This document shows positions 36,741-47,347 of a stretch of DNA of 64,000 bases, piece after piece. Each line of letters opens with the position of its first letter. Within the stretch, counting starts at the first letter, position 1. The notes below the pieces were generated by a model that was not told the origin of the DNA, did no database searches, and was given only the letters and a program-made list of their open reading frames with translations. The stretch lies in IMG/VR virus record IMGVR_UViG_3300011211_000031, positions 1 to 64,000 of that record; one strand, 5' to 3'. The translations under genes and the position numbers were made by a program. This stretch comes from an uncultured virus (IMG/VR IMGVR_UViG_3300011211_000031) (lineage: Duplodnaviria; Heunggongvirae; Uroviricota; Caudoviricetes).

Positions 36741-37093
36741 ACGTATGGCCCAGCGGAGCAAAACTCCGCTTCAGCGGTTTGAGCGAGGACTTCGATCCAT
36801 CCGTCGAGCGAGTAGAGATGGAGCGTGGTGTTCCGAAGCAGCGGATCGTCAACACCCAGGTTATGGCCACAATCACCGCAGCGGTCCTGTTCAGGACGCC
36901 GGCTGATGTCCAAGCCTTCGAAGACTGGTACTTCGGGCCGCTGGGCCGCATCGGCTGGTTCACCATCGCGCATCCCCGAACTGGCGTGTCCATTACGGCG
37001 CGCTTCGTCGGGGGGCAGGTCGGTGCGTTGTCACCACAGGCACCCGGCTTCTACCTGGCGCAGCGTCAGGTCACCATGGAGTACCTGCGATGA
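36737..37093 (+). CDS. Distal tail protein (gpM-like)
   Basis: RVEMERGVPKQR, FEDWY. Confidence 0.75.
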   Translation: MNVWPSGAKLRFSGLSEDFDPSVERVEMERGVPKQRIVNTQVMATITAAVLFRTPADVQAFEDWYFGPLGRIGWFTIAHPRTGVSITARFVGGQVGALSPQAPGFYLAQRQVTMEYLR

Positions 37094-37551
37094 GCACGTT
37101 CCTTGAGCGCCGCCAGCGGGTCACCGACACGTCCGGCACGCTGATGCTGCTGGAAGTGAGCGCCCCATCCTTCTCTGATACGCTGCGGATCGCCAACGAC
37201 ACCCGCGACTGGACCAGCAACGGTTTGCTGTTCGTCGGCGTGCAGTTCGGCTTCAAGCTGCCTGACGACGTGCCGGGGCAGGCTCAGCGGGCCCAACTGG
37301 TGCTGAGCAACGTCGGCCGCGCGATAACCGAAGATCTGGAGCGGCTTGCCCCGGGTGAGCTGGTCATGTGCCGCATGATCATCACCGACCGCGCGGACCC
37401 CAACTTCGTGTGGCAGGAGAGCTTCCTGCCGATGATGACTGTGTCCGTCAACTCGCAGACAGCACGGGCGAGCTGCGGCGTGGACTTTTATACCCGGCAG
37501 CAGGCTGTGCGCCTGCGCTTCAACCCGCATGTTTCGCCAGGGATCTTCTGA
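37090..37551 (+). CDS. Minor tail protein (DUF1833)
   Basis: LRIANDT, FGFKLP, RFNP...PGIF. Confidence 0.8.
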   Translation: MSTFLERRQRVTDTSGTLMLLEVSAPSFSDTLRIANDTRDWTSNGLLFVGVQFGFKLPDDVPGQAQRAQLVLSNVGRAITEDLERLAPGELVMCRMIITDRADPNFVWQESFLPMMTVSVNSQTARASCGVDFYTRQQAVRLRFNPHVSPGIF

Positions 37552-37946
37552 TGCGTCCAGTCGACATCGAGCGGTTCACCTGCCTGCCATACGACGCCGA
37601 CAGCTTCGACTGTGCGGACCTGGTGGCGAAGGTGCAGCGCGACCTGTTCGGGCGGTCGGTGAGTATGCCGAGCCGCCGACCGCGCGGCGCGCGCGGTGAG
37701 GCGCAGCTAGGGGAGCTGTCGAAGCCCTACGCGAAGCCACGTGAGGGGCCGCCCCGCGATGGCGATCTCGTCTTGATGTTCGATCTCGGACAACGCAGCC
37801 CCGGCCATGCCGGGGTTTTCTTTTTTCTGGACCACGAAGGCTGGGTCCTGCACAGCAACGAGCGCAGTCGCTGCAGCGTCCTGCATCGCGTCCGCGACCT
37901 GACGGGCTTTGGCCTGCGCATCGAAGGAATCTACGAATGGGTCTGA
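37551..37946 (+). CDS. NlpC/P60-like tail protein
   Basis: FDCADLV, GDLVLM, HAGV, VLHS. Confidence 0.8.
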   Translation: MRPVDIERFTCLPYDADSFDCADLVAKVQRDLFGRSVSMPSRRPRGARGEAQLGELSKPYAKPREGPPRDGDLVLMFDLGQRSPGHAGVFFFLDHEGWVLHSNERSRCSVLHRVRDLTGFGLRIEGIYEWV

Positions 37947-40900
37947 TGCATAGCCCGGCCACCAGCGGCCGCCTGATCGTGACGCCGCACCCGGTGCTGG
38001 TCGATGGCCAGCGCAATCAGCCCGCTGACCTGCTGCCGGGCGAATCCCTCTGCACGTTCCTGCATCGGCACGTGATCGATCTGGACGCCCAGGACTGGGT
38101 GGTGCTGATCGGCGGGAAAGCAGTGCCGCGCGGCATGTGGCCCTACGTCTACCCCAAGCATGGGCAGGTCATCGAGGCCCGTGGCGCGGTGGGCCGCTCC
38201 GCCGTGGCTTTGGTGGCCACCCTGGCCCTGACCTATTTCACCTTCGGCTTTGGCGCAGCCACGGCAGGGTGGTGGGGCGCTGGCGCCGCTGCTGGTGCGT
38301 GGGGCGGTGCAGCTGCCGCCGGCATCTACATGGCCGGTTCGGTTCTGATCAATCGCGTGCTGCAGCCCAAGCAGCCGAAGCAGAGCGCGCCCGGCCAGTC
38401 TGCGTACTCGATCGCCGCGGGCCGCAATCGTCCGCGTCCCTATGAGCCGCTGGGCCTGCTCATCGGCTCGATGCGCATTGCCCCGGATCTGATCAGCAAC
38501 TACTACACCCACTACGAAGGTGACGACCAGTTCCTTTCGTTCGTGCTGACGCCTGGCCTGAACGTTCACAGCGTGGACGCGCTCTACAACGGTGACGCAC
38601 TGCTGTCCTCTTATGACGGCGTCCGCGTGTGGCACAACGGCTTCCAGGGCATGGTAAGCCAGGAGATCCCGCTCTACGGCAATGCGGATGTGACCGACGG
38701 CGGCACGCTGTTGGACACCAGCAACGACCCCAAGAACCAGCCGGGCGCGTGGGTGCAGCGCACCAGCTCCGCCGGCAGTATCCGGCTGATGGTAGGGGTG
38801 GAGTTCCAGATCTGGGACCGCACGACCAAGGGCAAGGACAAGCGCAACCAGGAGCAGATCCAGATCCAGTACCGCGCGGCCGGCGCCGTGGCGTGGCAGA
38901 ACTTCGGCAGCTTCAATGTCAGCGGCACCAACAATAAGAGCCAGCGCGCAAGCTACGCGATCGACGTGCCCGAGGGACAGTACGACGTGCGCGTGCGCGT
39001 GGCGGGCAACAACACCGACGGATCCGGTGCTGAAGCCTCCTTCGTCTGGACCACGCTGACCAGCGTTCAGCGGGACACGGCGAGCTATGCCGGGATTTCG
39101 CGAATCGGGATCCGGATGAAGGCCAACGGCCAGCTCAACGGAGCCCCCGATGAGATCCGCTGCGTCGCCCATTCCATGCCGATCCCGGTCTGGACGGGAT
39201 CGGAGTGGGTGACCCAGCGAACCAGCAACGCGGGCGCGTGGATCCTTGCCTATGCCCGCGGCATCTACGCGCCTGATCCCACCGCGCCAGGTGGGCGCAC
39301 TCTGGTTGCGGGCATGGGGATGCCCGACCGGCAGATCGATATCGAGGGCCTCAAGGCCTTCATGCTCCACTGCGCGGCCAACAATTTCACCTACAACAAC
39401 TGGATCACGGACGTCCGCAGTCACCAGCAGGTGCTTGACGTGCTCGCGCTGGCCGGCTTCGGCCAGATCAGCTGGCCGCGCGGCCGCCTGTCCGTGGGCT
39501 GGGCCGCCGACGAGCAGCCGCTGTCCGGCGTGGTCAACATGGCCACGATCAAGAAGGGCGCCTTCCAGGTCGATTACACCCTGACCAACGGTGCCGACGG
39601 CATTGAGTACACCTACCTCGATAGCGCTACGTGGGAGGCCAAGACCCTGCGCGTGCGAGCGCCGGGCGTCACCACGATGCTCAACCCGGCTCAGGTGACG
39701 GGAGAGGGCGTAACCAGCGAGGCCCATGCGGTCATGCTGGCCCGCTGGCACCTGGCGCAGAGCCTGTATCAGTACAAGGCCATCAGCTACAGCACCGATA
39801 TCGAGCACCTGTCCTACAGCCGGATGTCGATGCTGGCCCTGCAGCACGACCTCACCCAATGGGGTTACGGCGGCCGGGTACGAGGCGCCAGCCTCGCGGG
39901 CGGCCGAGTGCGCCTGCTGCTGGATGAGCCCGTGCCGGCGCCGGCGCAAGGCAACGCCTACGTGGGCGTGCGTATTCCGGGCGAGCGCGTATACCGAGTT
40001 CTGGCGGTCCAGCCTTTTGAAGGCAGCAGCGCTGCGGTGGTTGTCGACTGGCCCAGCGATGCTCCGCTGCCGGGAAGCACCGAAGCCAACCCGGCCTGGG
40101 ACACCCTGTGGATCTACGACTTCAAGCAGACCCCGGGCCTGCGCGTGCGCGTCACCGGCATCCGCCCAGAGAGTGATCTCAAGGGCGCAGCTGTCGAGGT
40201 GGTCGCAGAAAGCGCCGAGTTCTGGCACTACGTCCACACGGGGGAATACATCCCGTCGCCCAACGAGTCGCTGCTGCAGACCCGGCCGGTGGTCAGCGAC
40301 CTGAAGATCACCGAGCGCCAGGTGGTGCAGGGCGATACCGAGTACACCGAGCTGCAGGCCACCTTCGCCATCACTGGCCCGGTGGGCGACACCGTAGTGC
40401 TGTCCGACTTGGACGGCAACGCGGCGCTGGAAGAAGTGGCCAGGACCGTCACCCGCACTGCGACGTGGCGCATTCCGGGCGCCGGCACGTATCCCGTAAC
40501 CGTGCGCCCCTACAGTTCTGAGGGCAACGCCGGCGTGGCTGCCTCGGTCATCTACACCACCCGGGGCGCCGATGCGCCGCCGGTGCTGGTGGACCTGTTT
40601 GACGTTGAGCAGCTGAGCGGCGGTGTGCGCCGCTACACCTGGGGCTTCCTGAGCGACACCATCCAGTCGGCCAACTTTGCCGGCGTAGAGATCCGGTACA
40701 TCGCCGGCACGCACTCGGCCCCGGCGTGGGACGCGATGACCCCGCTGGGCGACGACGGCTACCACGCCTCGGCCTTTGAGGCGGTCTTGCCACCAGCGGG
40801 TGAGTGGACCTTCGCCTGCCGTTCGCGCAACACCTCCGGCACGCTGTCCACGGGCATGCAGCTGCTGGCCAAGACACTGCAGGCGAACCTGGGCGAGGTC

Positions 40901-43900
40901 ATCGGCGGTATCGAGGACTCGCTGGAGGAGCAGACCCAGCAGCTGATCGACCAGCAAAACCAAATCGACCGCGATAAGGCCGACAGCATTGCGCGTGATG
41001 CCGCTGAAGCTGCTGAGCGGGCGGCTGCCTTCGCGCAGGCGCAGGCGGACCTGGTCGGCGAAGCAGCGCTGCGCCTGGCCGACGTTCAGAGCGTGCGCGA
41101 CCAGGTCGTCGGCGTGGCCGAGGCCGTTGCCGATGAGGAAGCGGCACGGATCCAGGCGCTCCTGAATGCCAAGCTGGACTGGAAGGCCGATATCGCGCTG
41201 GAGACGACTGCGCGCCAGAGCGACGTCGAATCGCTGGCGCGTCAGGTCTCTTCGGTCGCCGCCGGTAGCGGCACGCAGTTCGACAGCAAGCAGGTCTGGT
41301 ACTTCGACAGCACCGTGGAGGGCTGGACCGGCAACGGCACGCCGACCATCGTCGACGGGTGGCTGCGGCCGGCAAACCAAGCCAGCAATCCGTACATCAC
41401 CTCGCCGGCGGCGCTGGCGGTGGACGGTGCGGCCTACCGCTTCATCAAAATGCGCCTGCAGCGGGTCGGCACTCCCACCTGGCGCGGGCTGGTGCAGTGG
41501 ATCACCGACGCCGACACCACCTGGAACACCGCCAAGTCGGTGACCATGCCGGCGCCAAACTTCGATGCCGCCGGCATGGCGACGGTCGACGTCGACAACC
41601 TGCCGTGGAATGGTGCCTCGCCCATCAGGCAGATCCGGCTGTCGTTGGCCAGCAACCAGACGGCGACCGCCTACCTGCTGTTCGATTACATCGCCATCGG
41701 CCGCCCGACGCCGGGCGCCAGCGTGGCCCTGGTGCAGCAGGAGACCTTGGCACGCCAGACCGCCGACGCTACTGAGGCAACCCAGCGCAACACCTTGGCC
41801 GTGCAGCTGCGCGGCGACTACGCCGGCAACGATGCCGCCGCCGCGCAGGGGATGATCGGACAGGTCAACTCGGCACGGATCGAGGGCGACCGGGTTATCG
41901 CCGAGCGCACCAGCCTCATCGAGGGCCGGCTGCCGGCCGGCAGCGGCCAGCTGGCAAGCCAGGCATCGGTCACCGCGGCAGAGCAGGCCAGCGTCGAGCG
42001 CGACAACGCCAACGCGCAGTCGATCAACAACGTCCGGAGCGGCCTGGACGGCGTGCTGCGCAGCTTCAACGCCATCCCCAACGGCACCTTTGACCTGGAC
42101 GTGGCGAGCTGGGCCGCCTCGGGCGCCGGCAGCTCCTTCAGCTGGGATCCCACGGAGAAGGCATTGCGATCGGGTGCTGGATCGCTCCGCGTGGCAAACC
42201 TGACGCCGATCATTGTCAATCCGGGCGATGCGATCACCGTCACGTTCCGGACCAAGAGCAGCGAGGACATCAGCGGCACCGACGCGGTGACCGTGGGATT
42301 GATCTCCAGCCTGTCCAACCCGACCGGCTGGGTCCAGAGCTGGAACAGCTGGATCAACACAACGGGTGGCGCCTGGGCCTCGCGGTCCTACAGCTGGACG
42401 GTGCCGAGCACCTTCAACCCGCAACAGCTCTACCTGCGCTTTGCTGCTGGCAGCATTCGGCCTCTGGCGAGCGCTTACGTGCTGATCGATGACGTAGTTG
42501 TGCAGACCCCGGGAAGCATTGGCGACCTGCAGAACCGCGTCGCGGCCAACGCTCAGTCGACGGCGGCGCTGACCACGGAGGTCTCCAACGTCAAGGGCAC
42601 GCTGACGGCACAGGGCGCCGCGTTGACCCAGACCCAGCAGGATGTGGCTGGCAAGGCCTCGAACGCATCTCTGCAAAGCCTCTCCGGCCGCGTGGATGTC
42701 CATGACGGCCAGATCAGCAGCCAAGGCGCGGCGACGACCGCGGTGCAGTCGCAGCTGGGCAACATCGGCGGCGACAACCAGCTGGGCAACAGCGGTTTCG
42801 AAAACGGCACGCTGGGCTACAACACCAGCACCAGCGGTGCGGTGGCCGGCAGCATCGTGCGCACCCTGGTCGATTCACCGCTGCCCAACAGCACCAAGGC
42901 CTGGCGCTGGGCGATCGCGAACCTGCCGACCAGCGGCTACAGCGAATTGGTCAGCAACTCCCAGGTGCGGACGCTTCGCGTGGAGCCTGGCAAGCCGGTC
43001 ACGATCTCCGCGTATGTGAGGGGAACCATCGGGCCGCGCGTGTTCCTGCAGATGGCGTGGCGGGACGCCGCCGGTGCCGCGATCTCTTACAGCGGCACCA
43101 CGAACGTCGCGCCATATCGGGTCATGTCTGAGGCCTACGAGCGCAAGGTTTTCACCACTCCGCCGGCCCCGGCCAATGCGGTGACGGGTAACGCCTACGT
43201 CCGTGTGTATGGGACCAACACGCCCGACCAGTGGTTCGAGGTCGATAACGTTCAAGTGCAGATCGGCGAGGCGGCAACGGGCTACGCCCCCTCGGTGGCT
43301 GAAGTGGCTGACGCGACAGCGGCCAACGCCGCTGCCAGCAGCGCGCTGTCGACGCGACTGACGAGCGCCGAAGGCCAGCTGGTGAGCCAGGGCACAGCTC
43401 TGACAAACGTCAATGCCCGAATCGATGGCGTCCTGCTGACCGGCGACAACCTTCTGCCCAACAGCAACTTCGCGCAGGGCATGTCTGACTGGCTGTTCAA
43501 TAGTGGAGGTGGCACAGGCAACACGGGCGTATGGGGCGCGACATCAGGGGATGGCGGTCCGGGCTATGTCGTCACCAAAGCCGCAAGCCAGAATCCGTAC
43601 CTGACCAGTAACAATGGGCTGTGGATGGCGGTGCGGCCGAGTCGCCGCTATCGTGCCCGGGTGCGCGCAAAGGCACTGTCGGGTTCCGGTACGTTGCTGC
43701 TGCGTTTGCGTCGGCGTCATGGTGACGGCACTGCCTACTCTTCAGACAATCAGAAGACCTTCAGCACCACTGCCTTCGAAACCTACAGCTTCGATTTCCC
43801 CCCTACGGCCGTGGAAAATACTGACATTCAGTTCCACGTCTACGCATTTCCGTCCAATACCAGCGTGGCCATCGACCGCGTGGAACTGTACGACGTCACC

Positions 43901-45589
43901 GATCAGTTGGCGTCGGAAGCCAACGCGGCGGCCACCACGTCGCTGTCGACTCGTGTCACTGCAGCGGAAGGCACCATCACCAGCCAGGGCACGGCAATCA
44001 CCAACGTCACCGCCACGGCGAATGGTGCGAAGGCCACAGCAGATGCTACCGCCAGCGGTCTAAGTGCGACCAATGCAACGGTCATGCAGCAAGGCAACAC
44101 GCTGACGTCGCAGGGCACGCAGATCAACCAGGTCACGGCGGCGCTTGGTGGCAAAGCGAACGCTTCAGCTGTGATCGAGCTTGACGCGAAAGTAAGTTCG
44201 AGCATCACTGGTGGCGGCAACCTGTTGACCAACGCATCGTTTGGCGACACCGGACGCAGGCCGTGGGGATTTGTCTGGAATGAGGGCGGTTTTTGGGGAG
44301 AGGTAACGAAGAACCTGACAGGCGAAACTACCTATTGGCCGAAAGGCACCAATTCGCTCGGCTTCCAGTTCAGCGCAGGCAGCGTGCCGCCCAATGGCGA
44401 AAACCGTCACGGCATGGTTGGCAATGAAAACGTAATTACCGCAGAGGTCGGCAAGAAATACATCGCGTCGGTGTGGCTGAACGCACATCGTTGCGCGACT
44501 ACTTGCTGGATCGTTTTCTATGACTACGCGGGCAATAACATCGGCGAATACCACAGCACTGAGATCGGACCGTATGGACTCGGCGGCGGGCCGTCGCTGT
44601 TGGAATTGCCACGTCAGTTTGTAGCTGCAACGGCACCGCCCGCCACGCGGACTGTCCGCATGGGTTGGCGAGCACGTGCCAACGCCGCGTATGGTGCCAA
44701 CCCTTACATTTGGGCGGTGCGACCGATGTTGGAGCAGGTGCCTAACAGTCAGATGGCACCTTCTCCGTGGTCGGCCGGCGGTTCGGAGGACCACGCCAGT
44801 ATCAGCATGTTCACTGACGTCAACGGGAACATCGCTGGCACTCAGGTCAAGAACGACGGCACCACCGGCGAGATCAACATGCTGGCCAACGTGCTGAACG
44901 TAGTCAGTCCTGGCGCGGTCGATGGCCTGGAGCTACGTGACGGCTTCCTCCGTGTCTGGCGCGGAAATGTGCAGCGCATCGTTGGCAATGGCTTCGGCCC
45001 TGATGGGCTGATGGACTACTTCGGGCCGAACGTCGGCGCCGGCAACGCAAGCAAGGCGATTGCAACTATGTGGATGGACGTGAACGGCAACGCCTACTGG
45101 GGCGGCGCGCTGGCGGCTGGCGTGCGGAGCAACGCGGTGCAGTCTACGCAGACGACTACGGTGGGCACCGGGGTCACCACGGGGTACTTCGACACCAACG
45201 GCAAAAACAAGGCGGTGGTGATCAGCGTGAGCCGTCAGGTGCGCCGGACGAAGGGTGCATCGGGAAGCAGCGGGTTCGTGGCAGGGGGCGGCACCAACTC
45301 CATGACGGTGAACGTCTACCGCCAGATCATCAATCAAGGTGAGACGCTGTGGACCAGCTTTTCCGCTGGCGGCGGCGTGGACATCTTAAATGAGATCGAC
45401 GGGCCGGATACCGCAACGTCACTGTGGAACGGGTCTATCACCTTGAACGACAGCGCCGACGGTACTGCGCAGCGCTCTTACCGAGCAGAGATCGTTGCCT
45501 ACAGCGAGCAAGCCGTAACGCACACGTCCGGCACGTTTGAGGGGCAGACGATCACGCAGAGCCTGTCCGTGCGGTCGACGGAACAGTAA
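37937..45589 (+). CDS. Host-specificity/central tail tip protein (J-like), 2550 aa
   Basis: N-terminal gpI/J-like region, Fn3-like segments, coiled coils alternating with NLL.N..F carbohydrate-binding-like modules. Confidence 0.92.
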   Translation: MGLMHSPATSGRLIVTPHPVLVDGQRNQPADLLPGESLCTFLHRHVIDLDAQDWVVLIGGKAVPRGMWPYVYPKHGQVIEARGAVGRSAVALVATLALTYFTFGFGAATAGWWGAGAAAGAWGGAAAAGIYMAGSVLINRVLQPKQPKQSAPGQSAYSIAAGRNRPRPYEPLGLLIGSMRIAPDLISNYYTHYEGDDQFLSFVLTPGLNVHSVDALYNGDALLSSYDGVRVWHNGFQGMVSQEIPLYGNADVTDGGTLLDTSNDPKNQPGAWVQRTSSAGSIRLMVGVEFQIWDRTTKGKDKRNQEQIQIQYRAAGAVAWQNFGSFNVSGTNNKSQRASYAIDVPEGQYDVRVRVAGNNTDGSGAEASFVWTTLTSVQRDTASYAGISRIGIRMKANGQLNGAPDEIRCVAHSMPIPVWTGSEWVTQRTSNAGAWILAYARGIYAPDPTAPGGRTLVAGMGMPDRQIDIEGLKAFMLHCAANNFTYNNWITDVRSHQQVLDVLALAGFGQISWPRGRLSVGWAADEQPLSGVVNMATIKKGAFQVDYTLTNGADGIEYTYLDSATWEAKTLRVRAPGVTTMLNPAQVTGEGVTSEAHAVMLARWHLAQSLYQYKAISYSTDIEHLSYSRMSMLALQHDLTQWGYGGRVRGASLAGGRVRLLLDEPVPAPAQGNAYVGVRIPGERVYRVLAVQPFEGSSAAVVVDWPSDAPLPGSTEANPAWDTLWIYDFKQTPGLRVRVTGIRPESDLKGAAVEVVAESAEFWHYVHTGEYIPSPNESLLQTRPVVSDLKITERQVVQGDTEYTELQATFAITGPVGDTVVLSDLDGNAALEEVARTVTRTATWRIPGAGTYPVTVRPYSSEGNAGVAASVIYTTRGADAPPVLVDLFDVEQLSGGVRRYTWGFLSDTIQSANFAGVEIRYIAGTHSAPAWDAMTPLGDDGYHASAFEAVLPPAGEWTFACRSRNTSGTLSTGMQLLAKTLQANLGEVIGGIEDSLEEQTQQLIDQQNQIDRDKADSIARDAAEAAERAAAFAQAQADLVGEAALRLADVQSVRDQVVGVAEAVADEEAARIQALLNAKLDWKADIALETTARQSDVESLARQVSSVAAGSGTQFDSKQVWYFDSTVEGWTGNGTPTIVDGWLRPANQASNPYITSPAALAVDGAAYRFIKMRLQRVGTPTWRGLVQWITDADTTWNTAKSVTMPAPNFDAAGMATVDVDNLPWNGASPIRQIRLSLASNQTATAYLLFDYIAIGRPTPGASVALVQQETLARQTADATEATQRNTLAVQLRGDYAGNDAAAAQGMIGQVNSARIEGDRVIAERTSLIEGRLPAGSGQLASQASVTAAEQASVERDNANAQSINNVRSGLDGVLRSFNAIPNGTFDLDVASWAASGAGSSFSWDPTEKALRSGAGSLRVANLTPIIVNPGDAITVTFRTKSSEDISGTDAVTVGLISSLSNPTGWVQSWNSWINTTGGAWASRSYSWTVPSTFNPQQLYLRFAAGSIRPLASAYVLIDDVVVQTPGSIGDLQNRVAANAQSTAALTTEVSNVKGTLTAQGAALTQTQQDVAGKASNASLQSLSGRVDVHDGQISSQGAATTAVQSQLGNIGGDNQLGNSGFENGTLGYNTSTSGAVAGSIVRTLVDSPLPNSTKAWRWAIANLPTSGYSELVSNSQVRTLRVEPGKPVTISAYVRGTIGPRVFLQMAWRDAAGAAISYSGTTNVAPYRVMSEAYERKVFTTPPAPANAVTGNAYVRVYGTNTPDQWFEVDNVQVQIGEAATGYAPSVAEVADATAANAAASSALSTRLTSAEGQLVSQGTALTNVNARIDGVLLTGDNLLPNSNFAQGMSDWLFNSGGGTGNTGVWGATSGDGGPGYVVTKAASQNPYLTSNNGLWMAVRPSRRYRARVRAKALSGSGTLLLRLRRRHGDGTAYSSDNQKTFSTTAFETYSFDFPPTAVENTDIQFHVYAFPSNTSVAIDRVELYDVTDQLASEANAAATTSLSTRVTAAEGTITSQGTAITNVTATANGAKATADATASGLSATNATVMQQGNTLTSQGTQINQVTAALGGKANASAVIELDAKVSSSITGGGNLLTNASFGDTGRRPWGFVWNEGGFWGEVTKNLTGETTYWPKGTNSLGFQFSAGSVPPNGENRHGMVGNENVITAEVGKKYIASVWLNAHRCATTCWIVFYDYAGNNIGEYHSTEIGPYGLGGGPSLLELPRQFVAATAPPATRTVRMGWRARANAAYGANPYIWAVRPMLEQVPNSQMAPSPWSAGGSEDHASISMFTDVNGNIAGTQVKNDGTTGEINMLANVLNVVSPGAVDGLELRDGFLRVWRGNVQRIVGNGFGPDGLMDYFGPNVGAGNASKAIATMWMDVNGNAYWGGALAAGVRSNAVQSTQTTTVGTGVTTGYFDTNGKNKAVVISVSRQVRRTKGASGSSGFVAGGGTNSMTVNVYRQIINQGETLWTSFSAGGGVDILNEIDGPDTATSLWNGSITLNDSADGTAQRSYRAEIVAYSEQAVTHTSGTFEGQTITQSLSVRSTEQ

Positions 45590-45642
45590 AACAGCGAGCC
45601 GCCGGCATAGGCGACCCTTCTTTTTCATCAAAGGAAACAGTC

Positions 45643-46077
45643 ATGAACTTCAGCACGATCCTCAATCTCCGCACCGAGACGGCAAGCCAGCGCGGCGTCG
45701 TCGTCCTGCAATTCGTCCCTCAGCAGGCAATCGGAGCGCCGCAGCTGACCCTGTCAGTGACGCCCGCGATCGCGGCGCCGCTCGAGGTGGGTGAGATGTA
45801 CCAGTGGAGCGCGGCCAAGGTAGATCCGGATGTAGACGAAGAGGGCGCGGCCGGCAGCGCAATGTCGTTCAAGGCGCTGCTCAACCTGCGCACCGAGTCA
45901 GCCGGGCAATCAGGCACGGCTGAATTGCAGTTCTTGCCGCAGCAGAGCGTCGGAGTGCCCCAGCTCACGATGCGCGTGTCGCTGGATGTTTCGTCAGGCC
46001 TGGTCGTCGGCGCTACCTATCTGTTCGAAGCGTCGCACGTCGAGCCGCAGGTGCAGGTTGAGCCGGAGGCGGCCTGA
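45643..46077 (+). CDS. Hypothetical protein with two tandem copies of one domain
   Basis: LNLRTE...LQF.PQQ..G.PQLT..V......L.VG..Y occurs twice; AAGGA RBS. Confidence 0.8.
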   Translation: MNFSTILNLRTETASQRGVVVLQFVPQQAIGAPQLTLSVTPAIAAPLEVGEMYQWSAAKVDPDVDEEGAAGSAMSFKALLNLRTESAGQSGTAELQFLPQQSVGVPQLTMRVSLDVSSGLVVGATYLFEASHVEPQVQVEPEAA

Positions 46078-46083
46078 CGGGGG

Positions 46084-46749
46084 TCAGGCGACCGGCGAGA
46101 GCAGCTCTTCCGTGTTGTTGCGCGGGGAGTTGACCGCCCGGCTCACACGGTAGGCTTCCATCGCTGGCGTCTCGCTGGCCAGCAGCATGGCCATGGCGTC
46201 GTCGGGGTCTGCCGCCATCCATTCGTCCACCTGCCCGGGCTGCAGCCACACCGGCATCCGGTCGTGGATGTCGGCCGACACGCCGCTGCTGTCCCCGGTG
46301 ATGACGGTGAAGGTGCCGAGATTGCCATCGGGGAGCAGGGGACTGCTCTCCTCCCACAGCCCGGCCGCCAGCAGCGGGCCGGTTGCGTGGATGAACCACG
46401 GATCCTTCTTGCCGTCCTCAGGGCTCACAGACCATTCGTAGTACCCGGCCATCGGCACGACGCAGCGGCGTTTCTTGAACGCGGTGCGGAACGCCGGCTT
46501 CGTGGCCACGGTCTCGATGCGGGCGTTGATCGTGGAGCCCTGCAGGCCCTTCGCCTTCGCCCAGAAGGGAAGGAGGCCCCAAGCAAGCCGGGTGACCTGC
46601 CGGCCGGTGCCGCGGTCAAGGATGACTGACGCGCGCTGGGTCGGCGCCATGTTGTAGCTGGCAGGCAGCTCGAGCAGGTCTTGGGCCAGGTCGGGCAGGC
46701 CGAGCTGGTCAGGCTTGAAGATCGGGGTCTGGACGAATCGGCCGCACAT
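46084..46749 (-). CDS. SOS response-associated peptidase (SRAP/YedK-HMCES)
   Basis: MCGRF start, YNMAPTQ, INARIET, GYYEW, HDRMPV. Confidence 0.93.
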   Translation of the reverse strand: MCGRFVQTPIFKPDQLGLPDLAQDLLELPASYNMAPTQRASVILDRGTGRQVTRLAWGLLPFWAKAKGLQGSTINARIETVATKPAFRTAFKKRRCVVPMAGYYEWSVSPEDGKKDPWFIHATGPLLAAGLWEESSPLLPDGNLGTFTVITGDSSGVSADIHDRMPVWLQPGQVDEWMAADPDDAMAMLLASETPAMEAYRVSRAVNSPRNNTEELLSPVA

Positions 46750-46838
46750 GGCCCGACCATAAGGTCGGACGCGTGATGGCGGCGCGTGGAGTATGCTCCT
46801 GCGCGGGGGGCTCCAAGGAAGACGACAGGGGTCATGGA

Positions 46839-47294
46839 ATGCCGATTCAAGCAATCGCCTACACAAGCGAGGCGGTGCCCGGGTTTGGCCTGGATGCAGC
46901 GGACGACCTGGCGCGCTGCGCAGCCGACTTCAACATGCATGCCGGCGTGACCGGACTGCTGCTGTTCGACGGTGCGCGTTTCCTCCAGTACTTGGAAGGA
47001 CCAGAGGACGGCATCGCGGTGGTCTACAGCAGGGTGCAGAACTCCCAGCGCCACACCGGAATGGTGGAGCTCGGCCGGGCGCGGACTGGCCGCCGGCACT
47101 TCCCCTATTGGGCGATGCGCATGCTGCCTTCGGAGCCCGCTGAGCTGCGCGGGGCAGTCCGCAAGGACTGGTCCAGCTTCGTAGTGCGCCAAGCGGCGCC
47201 GCCGGGCGACGATCGCTACGGGTTGGAGGAACTAGCCCGCATCGTGGTTCCTCACCTCGGCCAGACGCCTGCAGAGGCGCCGCGCGTCGGGTGA
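46839..47294 (+). CDS. BLUF blue-light sensor protein
   Basis: Y8, N32, Q50, W91, M93 at canonical spacing; GVTGLL, FLQYLEG. Confidence 0.92.
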   Translation: MPIQAIAYTSEAVPGFGLDAADDLARCAADFNMHAGVTGLLLFDGARFLQYLEGPEDGIAVVYSRVQNSQRHTGMVELGRARTGRRHFPYWAMRMLPSEPAELRGAVRKDWSSFVVRQAAPPGDDRYGLEELARIVVPHLGQTPAEAPRVG

Positions 47295-47347
47295 ATCCTT
47301 CACCAATGTATCGGGCCGTGAGACTGGGCCGGCCTATGCTCCGCCGC

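Noticed and set aside
37931..42724. 1597 aa minus-strand ORF
   Set aside because: Shadow of the J-like gene; shows that long antisense frames alone are not evidence
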